Source of the DNA: an uncultured Bacilli bacterium
GTDB taxonomy: Bacteria > Bacillota_I > Bacilli_A > RF39 > UBA660
DNA: 61,215 nt
Assembly: GCA_947625625.1 (NCBI GenBank)
Contig: CANQPC010000005.1
Coordinates: 1-61,215, forward strand
Direction of reading: 5' to 3'
Every line of letters starts with the position of its first letter. Positions within the stretch are counted from its first letter, which is position 1. The notes beneath the pieces are model-generated. The model searched no databases. It saw only the letters and a list, made by a program, of their open reading frames with translations, and was not told where the DNA came from. The position numbers and the translations under genes were made by a program. Positions 21,151 through 30,693 of this stretch are shown in pieces.

Positions 21151-21927
21151 TTATAAACTTTTATATAAATTTTCTGCTACTTTAAGAGCCAAAAATAATA
21201 TTTTCACTTTTACATCCATGCTATGGCTTCCATCGAAAAGCCCTCTCGGATCCCATTTATCACCATCTAAATTATCTGCTGCATAAAAAAATTGTACTAA
21301 TCCTTTCTTTCTAAATTGAGCTACTGCTAAGCAAGAAGCACACTCCATTTCTACAACTATGCACCCTTCATTTTTTCTTTTTTGAATTTTATTTTTTGTT
21401 TCACGATAAACAGCATCAGTAGTCCACGTCTTGCCAATGACATAATCAGTATTTGTTTCTTCTAACGTTTTTAGTAAAACATTCAAATCTTCTTCTTTGA
21501 CAGATATTTCTCTAGTATCAGGTAAATAATGATAGCTTGTCCCCTCATCTCTAATAGCGGCATTAGGAACTATAATTCCAAATTCTTCAATACTTTTATC
21601 GAGGACACCAGCCGAACCAAAAATAACAATTTTCTCAGCACCCATCGCATATATTTCTTCGATTGCAATAGCACAAGCAGGGCCTCCTACTCTAGCTTTA
21701 AATACGGCTATACTAATGCCATTATTAGTAATTTTATAAATAGGGCTTCTTTCATTAGCATTCTTCAAAACACCTATTTCTTCGGGATGTAAAGCATCAA
21801 CTAAAGATTCTAAAATTCTTCTGGAAAAACATCCGACAGCAACTTTTGGGAAATTATCTTTATTTGTATTAAAATCATCTTCGGGATTTAAAATAGCAGG
21901 ACTATCATCATATTCTGTTAATATCAT
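21151..21927 (-). CDS. Nucleoside phosphorylase (PNP/UDP family)
   Basis: FGSAGVL, RDEGTSYHY, TWTTDAVYRET, VEMEC. Confidence 0.9.
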   Translation of the reverse strand: MILTEYDDSPAILNPEDDFNTNKDNFPKVAVGCFSRRILESLVDALHPEEIGVLKNANERSPIYKITNNGISIAVFKARVGGPACAIAIEEIYAMGAEKIVIFGSAGVLDKSIEEFGIIVPNAAIRDEGTSYHYLPDTREISVKEEDLNVLLKTLEETNTDYVIGKTWTTDAVYRETKNKIQKRKNEGCIVVEMECASCLAVAQFRKKGLVQFFYAADNLDGDKWDPRGLFDGSHSMDVKVKILFLALKVAENLYKSL

Positions 21928-21979
21928 TTAATTATTCTCCTTTCTTAATATTAATTATTATATCACATTATCAATTTAA

Positions 21980-22162
21980 ATAATAGAATTTATATCAAAA
22001 TTTAAAGAATTTAATAATATAGAAGATGCCATTAATAAATTAGTAGAATACTATACAAATTATGAAATGGCATCTAATCCTAAAAAAGTAAAAACCATTT
22101 TTGAAGAAGTTTTAAATTTACCAAAACATAAAAAATTTGTTTTAGAAAAAGAGCATAAATGA
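21980..22162 (+). pseudogene. 3' remnant of a gene with no start or RBS, followed by a terminator
   Basis: Open frame IIEFISKFKEFNNIEDAINKLVEYY...PKHKKFVLEKEHK* then hairpin AAAAAGAGCAT..ATGCATCTTTTTT. Confidence 0.45.
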
Positions 22163-22269
22163 TGCATCTTTTTTATTTAAACTTGATTTAAATAATAAAT
22201 TTGTAATTTTCATTTTTCTTATTACAATTATCATCTCCATCAATTATGATTATAACATCTTTTATATAC

Positions 22270-22371
22270 TTTGATAATTTTGTACGATGGAGCGTATTTT
22301 TTTGCCATTTTTGATAATTTTGTACGATGGAGCGTACTTTTTTGCCATTTTTGATAATTTTGTACGATACA
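22270..22371 (-). repeat. 40-bp-period tandem repeat (three 19-bp cores) ending in TGT; putative solo transposon end
   Basis: TTTGATAATTTTGTACGAT at 22270, 22310, 22350, then ACA at 22369-22371. Confidence 0.75.
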
Positions 22372-22380
22372 CGATAAAAT

Positions 22381-23577
22381 CTAGAAAGAAGCACTATCAT
22401 TATCTTCAGTATCATTTATAACTTCACGATATTCAGTAATGTCTTCATCACATATAATAAAAAGTGATAAGAAAATATGTGATGTTTGATCTTTTTCTTT
22501 AAGTATTTTAACATCATTTATTTTACTTATATTAGAGTATTTTTCGGTAAGTCTCTCTTTAGCTTTAATAATAGCCTTATCCTTTGCTTCATTATAAGTA
22601 TATATATTGTCAATAACATTTGTTTCATATTGATATTCATAAGTTAATGACATTGGAATATATAGATTTTCAAAGATAACCTTTGTATCTTTTTCAAAAT
22701 TTTTATACTTATGAAAATCAAAGAATGATATTCTCTTATTAGCAAAATTAAAGACTAATACTTTTTTCTTTTTACCAGTATAAGATATTTCATGATAATT
22801 ATAAGGATATTCAATATCTACTTTGTACCATACTTCGCCAATTACTTTGCCATGTGCTCCTACTGCTACTTTTTCATTATTGGGAAGAGTTACATCGGAA
22901 GAAATAATTACCTCTCCTTTTTTTACATAAGTATTAGGTGACTTTATCTTTTCACCTGAAGATGCTTCAATAGCCTTGATGACGGCACTTTTAGAGGCAA
23001 CAATATCATATAGTTTGTTATCTTCGACATTATTATTTAAAATACGTTCTTCTACCCTAACAGTATATTTAGTTCCCTCTCTTATTATTTCAATCCATTC
23101 TAAAGTATCTTTATTATCGTCTAATATTTCTTTCTTAATTTTCTCTATTTCATAATAATTTTTAGCAAATGAATATTTTTTTATACCATGATTATTGAGT
23201 TCTTTTTCAATTAAATGGACGATATTTTGATTAGAATGGACGATATTTATATCAAATATTATATTTGATAAAGTATAAATAATAAGAAGACTGACAAAGA
23301 AAGAAAAAAGAAGATAAATATTTTTATTTATAAATTTTAATATTCGTAATTTCCCATAATATTTAATTATTTCGATATCGTAAATTGTCTTATATTTTTC
23401 AATCTTGGCAAGATCATTATATTCAATTATTAAATGAACTTCTTTATATGATATGGGTATTAATTTTACAATATTTATATTATTTTTAATTATTCTTTTG
23501 ATAAAATTATTAACATTTCTTCCTGTCACTGATATTTTAACATTACTAGAAAAAAAATTTAATATTTTACTTTTCAT
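22381..23577 (-). CDS. yqfD: Sporulation protein YqfD (stage IV)
   Basis: IWDI-like 'IFDINI', WIEI...GT...V.VEER, IVASKSAVI, VKKGEVIIS, AHGKVIGEVWY. Confidence 0.85.
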   Translation of the reverse strand: MKSKILNFFSSNVKISVTGRNVNNFIKRIIKNNINIVKLIPISYKEVHLIIEYNDLAKIEKYKTIYDIEIIKYYGKLRILKFINKNIYLLFSFFVSLLIIYTLSNIIFDINIVHSNQNIVHLIEKELNNHGIKKYSFAKNYYEIEKIKKEILDDNKDTLEWIEIIREGTKYTVRVEERILNNNVEDNKLYDIVASKSAVIKAIEASSGEKIKSPNTYVKKGEVIISSDVTLPNNEKVAVGAHGKVIGEVWYKVDIEYPYNYHEISYTGKKKKVLVFNFANKRISFFDFHKYKNFEKDTKVIFENLYIPMSLTYEYQYETNVIDNIYTYNEAKDKAIIKAKERLTEKYSNISKINDVKILKEKDQTSHIFLSLFIICDEDITEYREVINDTEDNDSASF

Positions 23578-23594
23578 GCTATATCACCTATATT

Positions 23595-23834
23595 TTAAGA
23601 AAATGTGATGTTTTGAATATCTCCTATTACTAATAATTCATCATCAAACATTTTTGATATGACGAGATTACTTCCAGTAATACTATATGTACGATCTTGA
23701 TAACGGACTGATATTTTACTACTAGAAAAGTCTAATATTTCACTGTAATTCACTATATTTAGTTTATTATTTCGATAAGTTATTACAAATTCTCGCTCAC
23801 TTACATAGTTATCTATTAATTTAGTTAATTTCAT
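23595..23834 (-). CDS. YabP/YqfC-family sporulation protein
   Basis: NIVNYSEILDFS...ITGSNLVI...LLVIGDI; directly upstream of yqfD. Confidence 0.8.
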   Translation of the reverse strand: MKLTKLIDNYVSEREFVITYRNNKLNIVNYSEILDFSSSKISVRYQDRTYSITGSNLVISKMFDDELLVIGDIQNITFS

Positions 23835-23969
23835 ATTAAAATATATGATTTATTTTTTAAAAGTATACTATTCCAAGTTAATAATCGAGATAAAATTATT
23901 ACTTTTTTAGGTATTAGTTGTGTATTTTTTACTTACTCTAACATAAGTTATATTGAATATAAAAAAGGG

Positions 23970-24398
23970 GTGGATTATATGTGTAACAATGATAATAATT
24001 CTTGTGAGAATTGTATTGCGGACATACTAAAAGTCATTCTACTATTACAACAGAGCGTATGTCAAAATGATTGCTGCCTTGAAACATGTGACAGAGGTTT
24101 CTTAGGACAAAGTAGTAGTCTCTACTATAATACTAGACCAATAGTATTGTATACGACAGGAACTGGCAGTACACCGCTAGCAATGCCTATAAGTAAAGAT
24201 CCAGCAATAACTACGACTTCGACAGTCTTTAGACTTGAAAAATTAGATGGTTGCTGTGCTACATGTCGTGTTCTAGCACCAAATAGCGATACTACTAGTA
24301 CATTCCCATACGAAGCAACCAATTCTTTCTTTACAATTAACTTAAATTGCTGCTGCGTTTTAAGATGCTTAGATGACACTTATGTCGAAGGTATATAA
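23970..24398 (+). CDS. CotY/CotZ-family spore coat protein
   Basis: Cys-rich; CIADILKVI, NTRPIVLY, VFRLEKLDGCCATCRVL, TINLNCCCVLRC. Confidence 0.82.
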   Translation: MDYMCNNDNNSCENCIADILKVILLLQQSVCQNDCCLETCDRGFLGQSSSLYYNTRPIVLYTTGTGSTPLAMPISKDPAITTTSTVFRLEKLDGCCATCRVLAPNSDTTSTFPYEATNSFFTINLNCCCVLRCLDDTYVEGI

Positions 24399-24426
24399 AA
24401 AATAGGTATACGTACCTATTTTTTTA
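24397..24426. terminator. Bidirectional intrinsic terminator
   Basis: AAAAAATAGGTA-TACG-TACCTATTTTTT between convergent genes. Confidence 0.8.
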
Positions 24427-24765
24427 TTATCTTTGAACGTAAATATCACGAATAGTATTTATAGGAATATACTCTCCATCCATCGTAATAAGATTGGTCT
24501 TAGTCTTACCGACAATTCGCTTATTAATACTTCCTTTATCAGTTACAATCGTTACATCAATTTTATATATATAATTAGGAGAATTGAAAATATTATATAT
24601 TTTTTGTTCGACAGTGTAGTTGCGGTCATCACTGTTATTAATAAAAAGAAAGTCATTACTTGCTTTCTTTGAAGAAGAAGTATCATACATGGTCGAATAG
24701 ACTCGGCTATTATTTTCAATATCTTTATCAATTTTACGATGATACATTTTTGGCAGTTCTTTCAC
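24427..24765 (-). CDS. Hypothetical protein
   Basis: 112-aa ORF with RBS GAGGTG and CATATAAT upstream. Confidence 0.6.
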   Translation of the reverse strand: MKELPKMYHRKIDKDIENNSRVYSTMYDTSSSKKASNDFLFINNSDDRNYTVEQKIYNIFNSPNYIYKIDVTIVTDKGSINKRIVGKTKTNLITMDGEYIPINTIRDIYVQR

Positions 24766-24859
24766 TTTTTCACCTCTAGTAGATTATATGAAAATATACC
24801 TTTAGATATTTATTATTTTTTTATTTTGTGGTATCATAAAATAATGAAAGAGTGATGCA

Positions 24860-25990
24860 ATGACAAAAGAATCAAAGTTTAAAGTTGAAAAAATTATTTT
24901 GATACCGATAATATTATTTGCAATAATTAGTGTTATAACTATTTTTGCTACTAGAGGGATGCTGGCCGATGAATATCAAAGTCTCTATTTAAAACAAATT
25001 ATTTGGTATGTACTAGGTTTTGCTATTGCCTATATAATGATGACTGTTGGAAATAAATTTCTCTATAATAATGCCTATATTTTTTATCTAGTCGGTGTTA
25101 TTTTATTACTACTTGTCCTCTTTTTTGGAAAAGAGATTAACAATGCTAGATGCTGGTTTGTCATTCCTTACATAGGAAGCTTTCAGCCGTCGGAATTTAT
25201 GAAAATATTTCTCATGATTACTCTGGCTCGAATGATTGGCGATTTTAACGAAAGAAGTGAGAATCATGAAATTGGCGACGAATTTAAATTTCTTTTAAAA
25301 ATTTTAGTAATCGTCGGTATACCATCGATACTTACTTTTATCGAACCCGACACTGGTGCGGTATTAATATATTTTGTCATTACGATTGTCATGTTATTCG
25401 TCGGTGGCTTCAGATCGAGATGGTTTATTATCACTTTATCTTCCATAGCTCTTCTAGGTGGCGGTTTTATTCTCTTATATTTCTTCAAGCAAGACTTATT
25501 TATCGACATTTTTGGAACAAGTTTCTTCTACCGAATGGATAGAATATTAAATTGGTCTAATTCGAGTGGAATGCAATACACTAATGGTATTACAGCAATT
25601 GCATCGGGAGGAATCCTAGGCCATGGTTTTAATAAGACGCCAATTTATTTTCCAGAAATGCAAACGGACTTTATCTTTGCAGTATTTGCTTCTAACTTTG
25701 GTTTTATCGGATCCTTTCTTTTACTTGGGCTTATCGTCTTTTTCGATACTACCATTATTGGCCTTGCCGAAAAATCGACGAATTTAAGCGATAAACTTAT
25801 TGTCGGCGGAGTTATTTCAGTATTATTATTCCAACAAGTGTATAATATCAGTATGACAATTGGCCTTCTTCCGATAATGGGAATTACTCTTCCATTTATA
25901 TCTTATGGAGGTTCTTCCTTAATTTCCTATATGATTCTAATTGGTATGCTCTTTAATATTTCAAATGAAAATATCAGATTTAAAAATTAA
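24860..25990 (+). CDS. SEDS protein (RodA/FtsW/SpoVE family)
   Basis: About 10 TM helices; FQPSEFMK, EPDTG, PEMQTDFIF, GITLPFISYGGSS. Confidence 0.93.
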   Translation: MTKESKFKVEKIILIPIILFAIISVITIFATRGMLADEYQSLYLKQIIWYVLGFAIAYIMMTVGNKFLYNNAYIFYLVGVILLLLVLFFGKEINNARCWFVIPYIGSFQPSEFMKIFLMITLARMIGDFNERSENHEIGDEFKFLLKILVIVGIPSILTFIEPDTGAVLIYFVITIVMLFVGGFRSRWFIITLSSIALLGGGFILLYFFKQDLFIDIFGTSFFYRMDRILNWSNSSGMQYTNGITAIASGGILGHGFNKTPIYFPEMQTDFIFAVFASNFGFIGSFLLLGLIVFFDTTIIGLAEKSTNLSDKLIVGGVISVLLFQQVYNISMTIGLLPIMGITLPFISYGGSSLISYMILIGMLFNISNENIRFKN

Positions 25991-26014
25991 TACTATTTTC
26001 TTAATAGTATTTTT

Positions 26015-26236
26015 TTATTTTAAAACATCGAGAAAAGCCTCTATCATACTTAGATTATCTAACATTTTAGTTATTCTATCACTTGTTTTTAATTTATATT
26101 TATCTTTCATAGCTAAATTAAATTCATGGAAAAGATTAGGATTGCGATTTAATCTCTTATACCAAATAGGATTTTCCCGCAGAAAAGTTCTTAATCGGAT
26201 ATCAGAGTTTATCTTCATCTGAAGGTCAATACTCAT
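26015..26236 (-). CDS. YlbE-like protein
   Basis: FLRENPIWYKRLNRNP motif; follows ylbD-like gene. Confidence 0.8.
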   Translation of the reverse strand: MSIDLQMKINSDIRLRTFLRENPIWYKRLNRNPNLFHEFNLAMKDKYKLKTSDRITKMLDNLSMIEAFLDVLK

Positions 26237-26625
26237 TAATCATCAAACCTTCGATATACCGGTCTCGGCTCATAAGTATTAGTATTAGGAGTAGTATCAT
26301 TTTTAGTAACCATATCGCCAAAAAGACCGATAGCTTTTTGAATAGAAGTAATACCTTCTTGAAGTTTATTGGCATCCATTTTTTTCGCCATCTCAATAAT
26401 ATTAGCAATAGATAGTGAACTCTTGGAAGGAGAATTACTCGCAGTAGTCTTCTCTTCAGGTTCTTTTTTTAAATAGTCATCCCATACTTTATTTTCTTCT
26501 CCATATAAATCATATAACTCATAAAATTTTTGCCATGACATTGTACCATTTCGAACAAACGTTACGAGAGTGGGATTTTTTCTTACAAATGATTTAAAAT
26601 TGTCGACATTAGACACATATATCAC
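26236..26625 (-). CDS. YlbD-like spore coat protein
   Basis: FKSFVRKNP.L...V..G..SWQKFYELYDLYGE. Confidence 0.8.
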   Translation of the reverse strand: MIYVSNVDNFKSFVRKNPTLVTFVRNGTMSWQKFYELYDLYGEENKVWDDYLKKEPEEKTTASNSPSKSSLSIANIIEMAKKMDANKLQEGITSIQKAIGLFGDMVTKNDTTPNTNTYEPRPVYRRFDD

Positions 26626-26649
26626 CTACTCTAATATATGCTAATACCT

Positions 26650-26685
26650 AAAAAGTGATATCATTTTAATTTTGATATCACTTTT
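26650..26685 (-). terminator. Intrinsic terminator
   Basis: AAAAGTGATATCA...TGATATCACTTTT hairpin after 26684..27166. Confidence 0.7.
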
Positions 26686-27166
26686 ATCTTCCATGTCCTC
26701 TTTTTACATCATCATCTAAAGCAAATCTTTCGAACATTTCCAGCATCATTCTTTCTCTATTTCTTTTATTAATAAGATACAGTTTAGAACGATAGCCATT
26801 TATTATAATTTCTAATTTTTCGAGTGTTAAATTAGCATATTCTTTACCTAAATATTTAATATAATTATTTATAATATTTAGTTTAAGTCTTTCGGCTTCG
26901 ACTAACTTATCACGTACTCTAATACCACCGTCGTCATCATCACCATCTATGGTATTTAAATCATTTAATAACTTACTTATTTTAAGCTCAACTTTCTTTT
27001 TAATTAGCTTTTCTGTCAAAGTCGGAGAGACAAAGACAATTTTATTTACTTCGATAGCATCTTTTTTCTTAACTTTAGGATTTACTTGGTAGCCTTTATT
27101 CTTATCGAACTCTAAATAGAGAATTTCTCCACTTTTATTATCTTTACTGACGAAATAATTACTCAT
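26684..27166 (-). CDS. Hypothetical protein
   Basis: 160-aa ORF overlapping the trmD end, GGAGGAG RBS. Confidence 0.65.
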   Translation of the reverse strand: MSNYFVSKDNKSGEILYLEFDKNKGYQVNPKVKKKDAIEVNKIVFVSPTLTEKLIKKKVELKISKLLNDLNTIDGDDDDGGIRVRDKLVEAERLKLNIINNYIKYLGKEYANLTLEKLEIIINGYRSKLYLINKRNRERMMLEMFERFALDDDVKRGHGR

Positions 27167-27833
27167 GCTCTCCTCCTAACAAATCAGGTCTATTTTCTTT
27201 AGTTATTCTAATTCTTTCTTCCATACGATATTTTTCAATATTTGCATGATGTCCGCTCAAAAGAACTTCCGGTACTTTCATACCTCGATATTCGAATGGT
27301 TTCGTATAATTAGGATAATCTAATAGTCCATCATTAAAGCTTTCTGTTTCCAGTGAACCGCTAGTAATAACGCCATCTAATAGTCTGATAACTGAATCGA
27401 GAACAACCATCGAAGGTAACTCTCCTCCTGTCAGAATGTAATCGCCAATTGATATTTCGAGGTCGACAATACTTTTTATTCGCTCGTCAAATCCTTCGTA
27501 GTGGCCGCATAAAATTATTAAATGTTTTTTTGATGATAGATCGAAGGCTGTTTTTTGTTTGTAAACTTTTCCAGAAGGAGTCATCATAATGATATATGAA
27601 TCGGGAGTCTTTAAATCATCAACGGCTCGAAAAATAGGATCGCACATCAGAACCATACCATTTCCACCGCCATAAGGATAATCGTCGACTTGGTTGTTGT
27701 TATAGACAGTATAATCTCTAATATTATGAATATTAACAGTAACTTTTTTACTTTCAATAGCCCTTTTGATAATTGACTCACTTAAAAAATTATCATACAT
27801 ATTAGGAAATAATGTAAGGACATCAATCTTCAT
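27159..27833 (-). CDS. trmD: tRNA (guanine37-N1)-methyltransferase
   Basis: VDDYPYGGGNGMV, CGHYEGFDERI, SIGDYILTGGELP, VPEVLLSGHH. Confidence 0.97.
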   Translation of the reverse strand: MKIDVLTLFPNMYDNFLSESIIKRAIESKKVTVNIHNIRDYTVYNNNQVDDYPYGGGNGMVLMCDPIFRAVDDLKTPDSYIIMMTPSGKVYKQKTAFDLSSKKHLIILCGHYEGFDERIKSIVDLEISIGDYILTGGELPSMVVLDSVIRLLDGVITSGSLETESFNDGLLDYPNYTKPFEYRGMKVPEVLLSGHHANIEKYRMEERIRITKENRPDLLGGEHE

Positions 27834-27987
27834 AACATTACCTTCTTTCAATTAACTACTATTATAATATAAGATGAAATAATTGTAAAGTATTGATAGT
27901 AGAGATTACTCGAAAATAAACTAATAAAAAAATCAAAATTTATTTGATGTTTCCTATAGGAATTTACAACAAAGCTTTTGATTTTCA

Positions 27988-28560
27988 TTATCTATATCGT
28001 ATTTTCTTTTTTGTATTTATTTTAAAATCTTTTTGCATTTTTTTGGGTTTTATAACATGAGAAATGAGATTTAATTTGACATTTCCTTCTTCATCTTCTG
28101 GCAAAAAGGAAAATTTTCTCTCTTCTTTTTTGGTATCGATAGTAAGATAAGAAATTTCGTCTTTATAATTACGGTTTTCTAGTATTATTCGGGCATCAAT
28201 ATTAGCACATACAAAATAACAATCAAACGATTTATTATATTCATCATACCTACTAAGTAGGCATGTTTCATTGTTATCAATACCAGCAAGTGATAGTATT
28301 TCACTAAATTTTCTATTTATCATTTCTTTCTTACCATTGGAAATATGCTTCATTCGAAGAATTTCTTGGACGCTAAGGTCGGTATTAGTTAACATTCCGT
28401 ATTTTCTTTGCTTTCTTTTGGCGGGCAGTACTTCGAGCCACTGTCCGAGGCCGACGATAAGTCTTAAGTTATCACATATAACAGTAGGATGTTTCTTTTC
28501 TCCACTATCTTTAGCTTCAACCTGTCTTTCCCACCCTGTTTTTTTATTTTCTTCTTTCAT
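27988..28560 (-). CDS. Hypothetical accessory protein inserted between rimM and trmD
   Basis: ORF with GGGGG RBS before ATG at 28560; splits the usual rimM-trmD pair. Confidence 0.55.
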   Translation of the reverse strand: MKEENKKTGWERQVEAKDSGEKKHPTVICDNLRLIVGLGQWLEVLPAKRKQRKYGMLTNTDLSVQEILRMKHISNGKKEMINRKFSEILSLAGIDNNETCLLSRYDEYNKSFDCYFVCANIDARIILENRNYKDEISYLTIDTKKEERKFSFLPEDEEGNVKLNLISHVIKPKKMQKDFKINTKKKIRYR

Positions 28561-28651
28561 TTTATGTCCCCCTGTAACTTCATTATAAAGTATTAATTCC
28601 AAGCTTGTCAAGGTAGACATTAGAAATTTTATATTAAAAATAATTAGCTAA

Positions 28652-29146
28652 TTAATCAGAAAATAAGCCTTCAATGTCTTTGATGTATATTTTTTTATCT
28701 TCGATATCGATTTTATCAATTAAGTTAGAGTTATAGGGAATTAAATAAGTCTTACCATTATTTTGAATATTAATAAGAGTATTTTTGGCATATCTTTCAA
28801 TATTTTTAACAGTACCTCTATCTTTATTCTCGTATATAGCGGTTAATCCTATTATATCTTCATCTAAGTAAACGCCAGCATCTAGTTTAATATCATCCTT
28901 ACAAACGTAGACTTTTTGTCCTTTGTATTTTAATACTTCATTGATATTATTGTAATCTTTCATAGTTATCATATCAAAATTTTTATGCTGACGGTATGTA
29001 TTTATTATTTCTCTATTTACTTTATTGATATAGATAGGCATATCTTTTTTAAAAACTTTATCTTTATATGGAAACTTAGAAATAATTCTAAGTTCTCCTT
29101 TAATACCATGGGTATTGACTATTTTACCTATTTTGATTAGATTCAT
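28652..29146 (-). CDS. rimM: Ribosome maturation factor RimM
   Basis: IGKIVNTHGIKGELRI, LIPY, position near trmD. Confidence 0.93.
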   Translation of the reverse strand: MNLIKIGKIVNTHGIKGELRIISKFPYKDKVFKKDMPIYINKVNREIINTYRQHKNFDMITMKDYNNINEVLKYKGQKVYVCKDDIKLDAGVYLDEDIIGLTAIYENKDRGTVKNIERYAKNTLINIQNNGKTYLIPYNSNLIDKIDIEDKKIYIKDIEGLFSD

Positions 29147-29870
29147 TATTATACACCTCATATAAAATAATAGAAGAAGCTACGGCAACATTTAAGCTTT
29201 CGACTTGATTACTTATTTTAATATAAATATTTTCATCGCATAGCTTACTTAATTTTTCTGACATTCCCTGTCCTTCATTTCCCATGATAATTGCATACTT
29301 CGAAGGAATAGTAACTTTTCTTATATCACGACCTCCATCAACTTTCGTACCAAATATCTGATATTTCTCTTTTTTTAATGATTCGATAAATGGTTCTAAG
29401 TCACGGACAATAATATTCAAATGGAAAATCATTCCTTTCGTAGCACGAATAACTTTGGGATTGTATAAATCTACTGTTTTAGGACTTAGAACTAAAGTAT
29501 CAACTCCAAAAGCAAGCGAAGACCTAATTATCGTTCCGAGATTACCGGGATCTTGAATATCTTCGAGAATGAGAACTTTATTACCAGTCTCTCTCTCTTC
29601 TTTTTTATACACTACTGCCATAATTTTTGGTGGGCTTTCCATACTTGATAATTTTTTCATAACATTAGAAGTTACATAAGTAATATTTCCATCATAGTTA
29701 AAATCAAGTTTATCGACCGCTATTAATTCTTTTACTAAGCCTTCTAAAAGAGCTTCTTTAATAAGGTGTTCTCCTTCGATAAGAAAAGTATTAGTAATAT
29801 CGCGGTACTTTTTCTCTTTTAATTTATTTATTTCTTTAATATGTTCGTTATTTAAAGATGTTATAATCAT
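29124..29870 (-). CDS. TrmH/SpoU-family RNA methyltransferase
   Basis: IQDPGNLGTIIRS, MGNEGQG, ESLNVAVA. Confidence 0.93.
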   Translation of the reverse strand: MIITSLNNEHIKEINKLKEKKYRDITNTFLIEGEHLIKEALLEGLVKELIAVDKLDFNYDGNITYVTSNVMKKLSSMESPPKIMAVVYKKEERETGNKVLILEDIQDPGNLGTIIRSSLAFGVDTLVLSPKTVDLYNPKVIRATKGMIFHLNIIVRDLEPFIESLKKEKYQIFGTKVDGGRDIRKVTIPSKYAIIMGNEGQGMSEKLSKLCDENIYIKISNQVESLNVAVASSIILYEVYNNESNQNR

Positions 29871-29963
29871 AAATTTATTCCTTTCTTTAAATATATTATA
29901 TAATAAATATTTGTAATTTACAAATTAAAAAAAGAAAGATCAAATACTTATCTTTCTAAAATA

Positions 29964-30173
29964 TTACATAAATTTATTCATTTGTTTCATCATCTGATTA
30001 ACTTGTTTTTGAGAAGGTGTTCTTCCCATACTACTCATCATTGTTCTAATCATCTGTTCGTTAATAGGTGGATTTTTCTTAAGCTCCTTCTTCATTAATT
30101 TGCGGGCAATAAGAAATCCTATTACTAGACCTATTATTAATCCAAATACTACATATAATATGTCCCAAAGCAT
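29964..30173 (-). CDS. yneF: YneF family (UPF0154) protein
   Basis: TM helix then [20 protein letters not shown]. Confidence 0.9.
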   Translation of the reverse strand: MLWDILYVVFGLIIGLVIGFLIARKLMKKELKKNPPINEQMIRTMMSSMGRTPSQKQVNQMMKQMNKFM

Positions 30174-30197
30174 AATATTCTTCCTCTCCTTCAATTT

Positions 30198-30641
30198 CTA
30201 TTGTACTATTAATTCTTTACTTTGTAAAGAACTTAACTTTAGTTTACTGAGCCAGAAATAATCGTAGTTTTCGAAATCGCATACAAATAAGTTGTCATTA
30301 TAAGTATTTAAAATATCAAAAAAGCGAGAATAATTATTGCTAGTCTTAAGTTTAATATTATAATTATTTATAGTCATAATACTATTTTCGATATTATTTA
30401 GATAATGTATATTATCTTCTCTTTTATACCCATATTTAAACTTGTATTCATAACTAATATATTCATTTATCATTATTTTATTAAAAGGATTTATAATTTG
30501 CTCGATTATTCCATAATTTTTAATTAGTGAGTTATCTTTAGTACGATATATTTCTTCAAATATTTTATACATTTTATATGGCTTATTTTTATACATATAT
30601 TTGTAGTATTTATTGACATTAAAAATATAGTATGTTCGCAT
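30198..30641 (-). CDS. sirA: Sporulation inhibitor of replication SirA
   Basis: MRTYYIF N-terminus, FVCDFENYDYFWL C-terminus, tkt-sirA-yneF order. Confidence 0.75.
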   Translation of the reverse strand: MRTYYIFNVNKYYKYMYKNKPYKMYKIFEEIYRTKDNSLIKNYGIIEQIINPFNKIMINEYISYEYKFKYGYKREDNIHYLNNIENSIMTINNYNIKLKTSNNYSRFFDILNTYNDNLFVCDFENYDYFWLSKLKLSSLQSKELIVQ

Positions 30642-30693
30642 ATCTAATCACCAGTATTAGTCTAACATACTATATTTATTTTTTTATGTCGAA

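Noticed and set aside
22270-22368. Possible mini CRISPR array
   Set aside because: Intervening 21-bp segments are nearly identical, the repeat is only 19 bp, and no cas genes are present
22188-22415. 75-aa ORF from the track
   Set aside because: Runs through the tandem repeat and overlaps yqfD; no RBS; likely spurious
24125-24379. Antisense ORF in the cotZ-like gene, and similar short antisense ORFs inside pbp, capA, proS, ileS, pyrG, cysS and clpB
   Set aside because: Fully overlap well-supported genes and show no motifs or RBS
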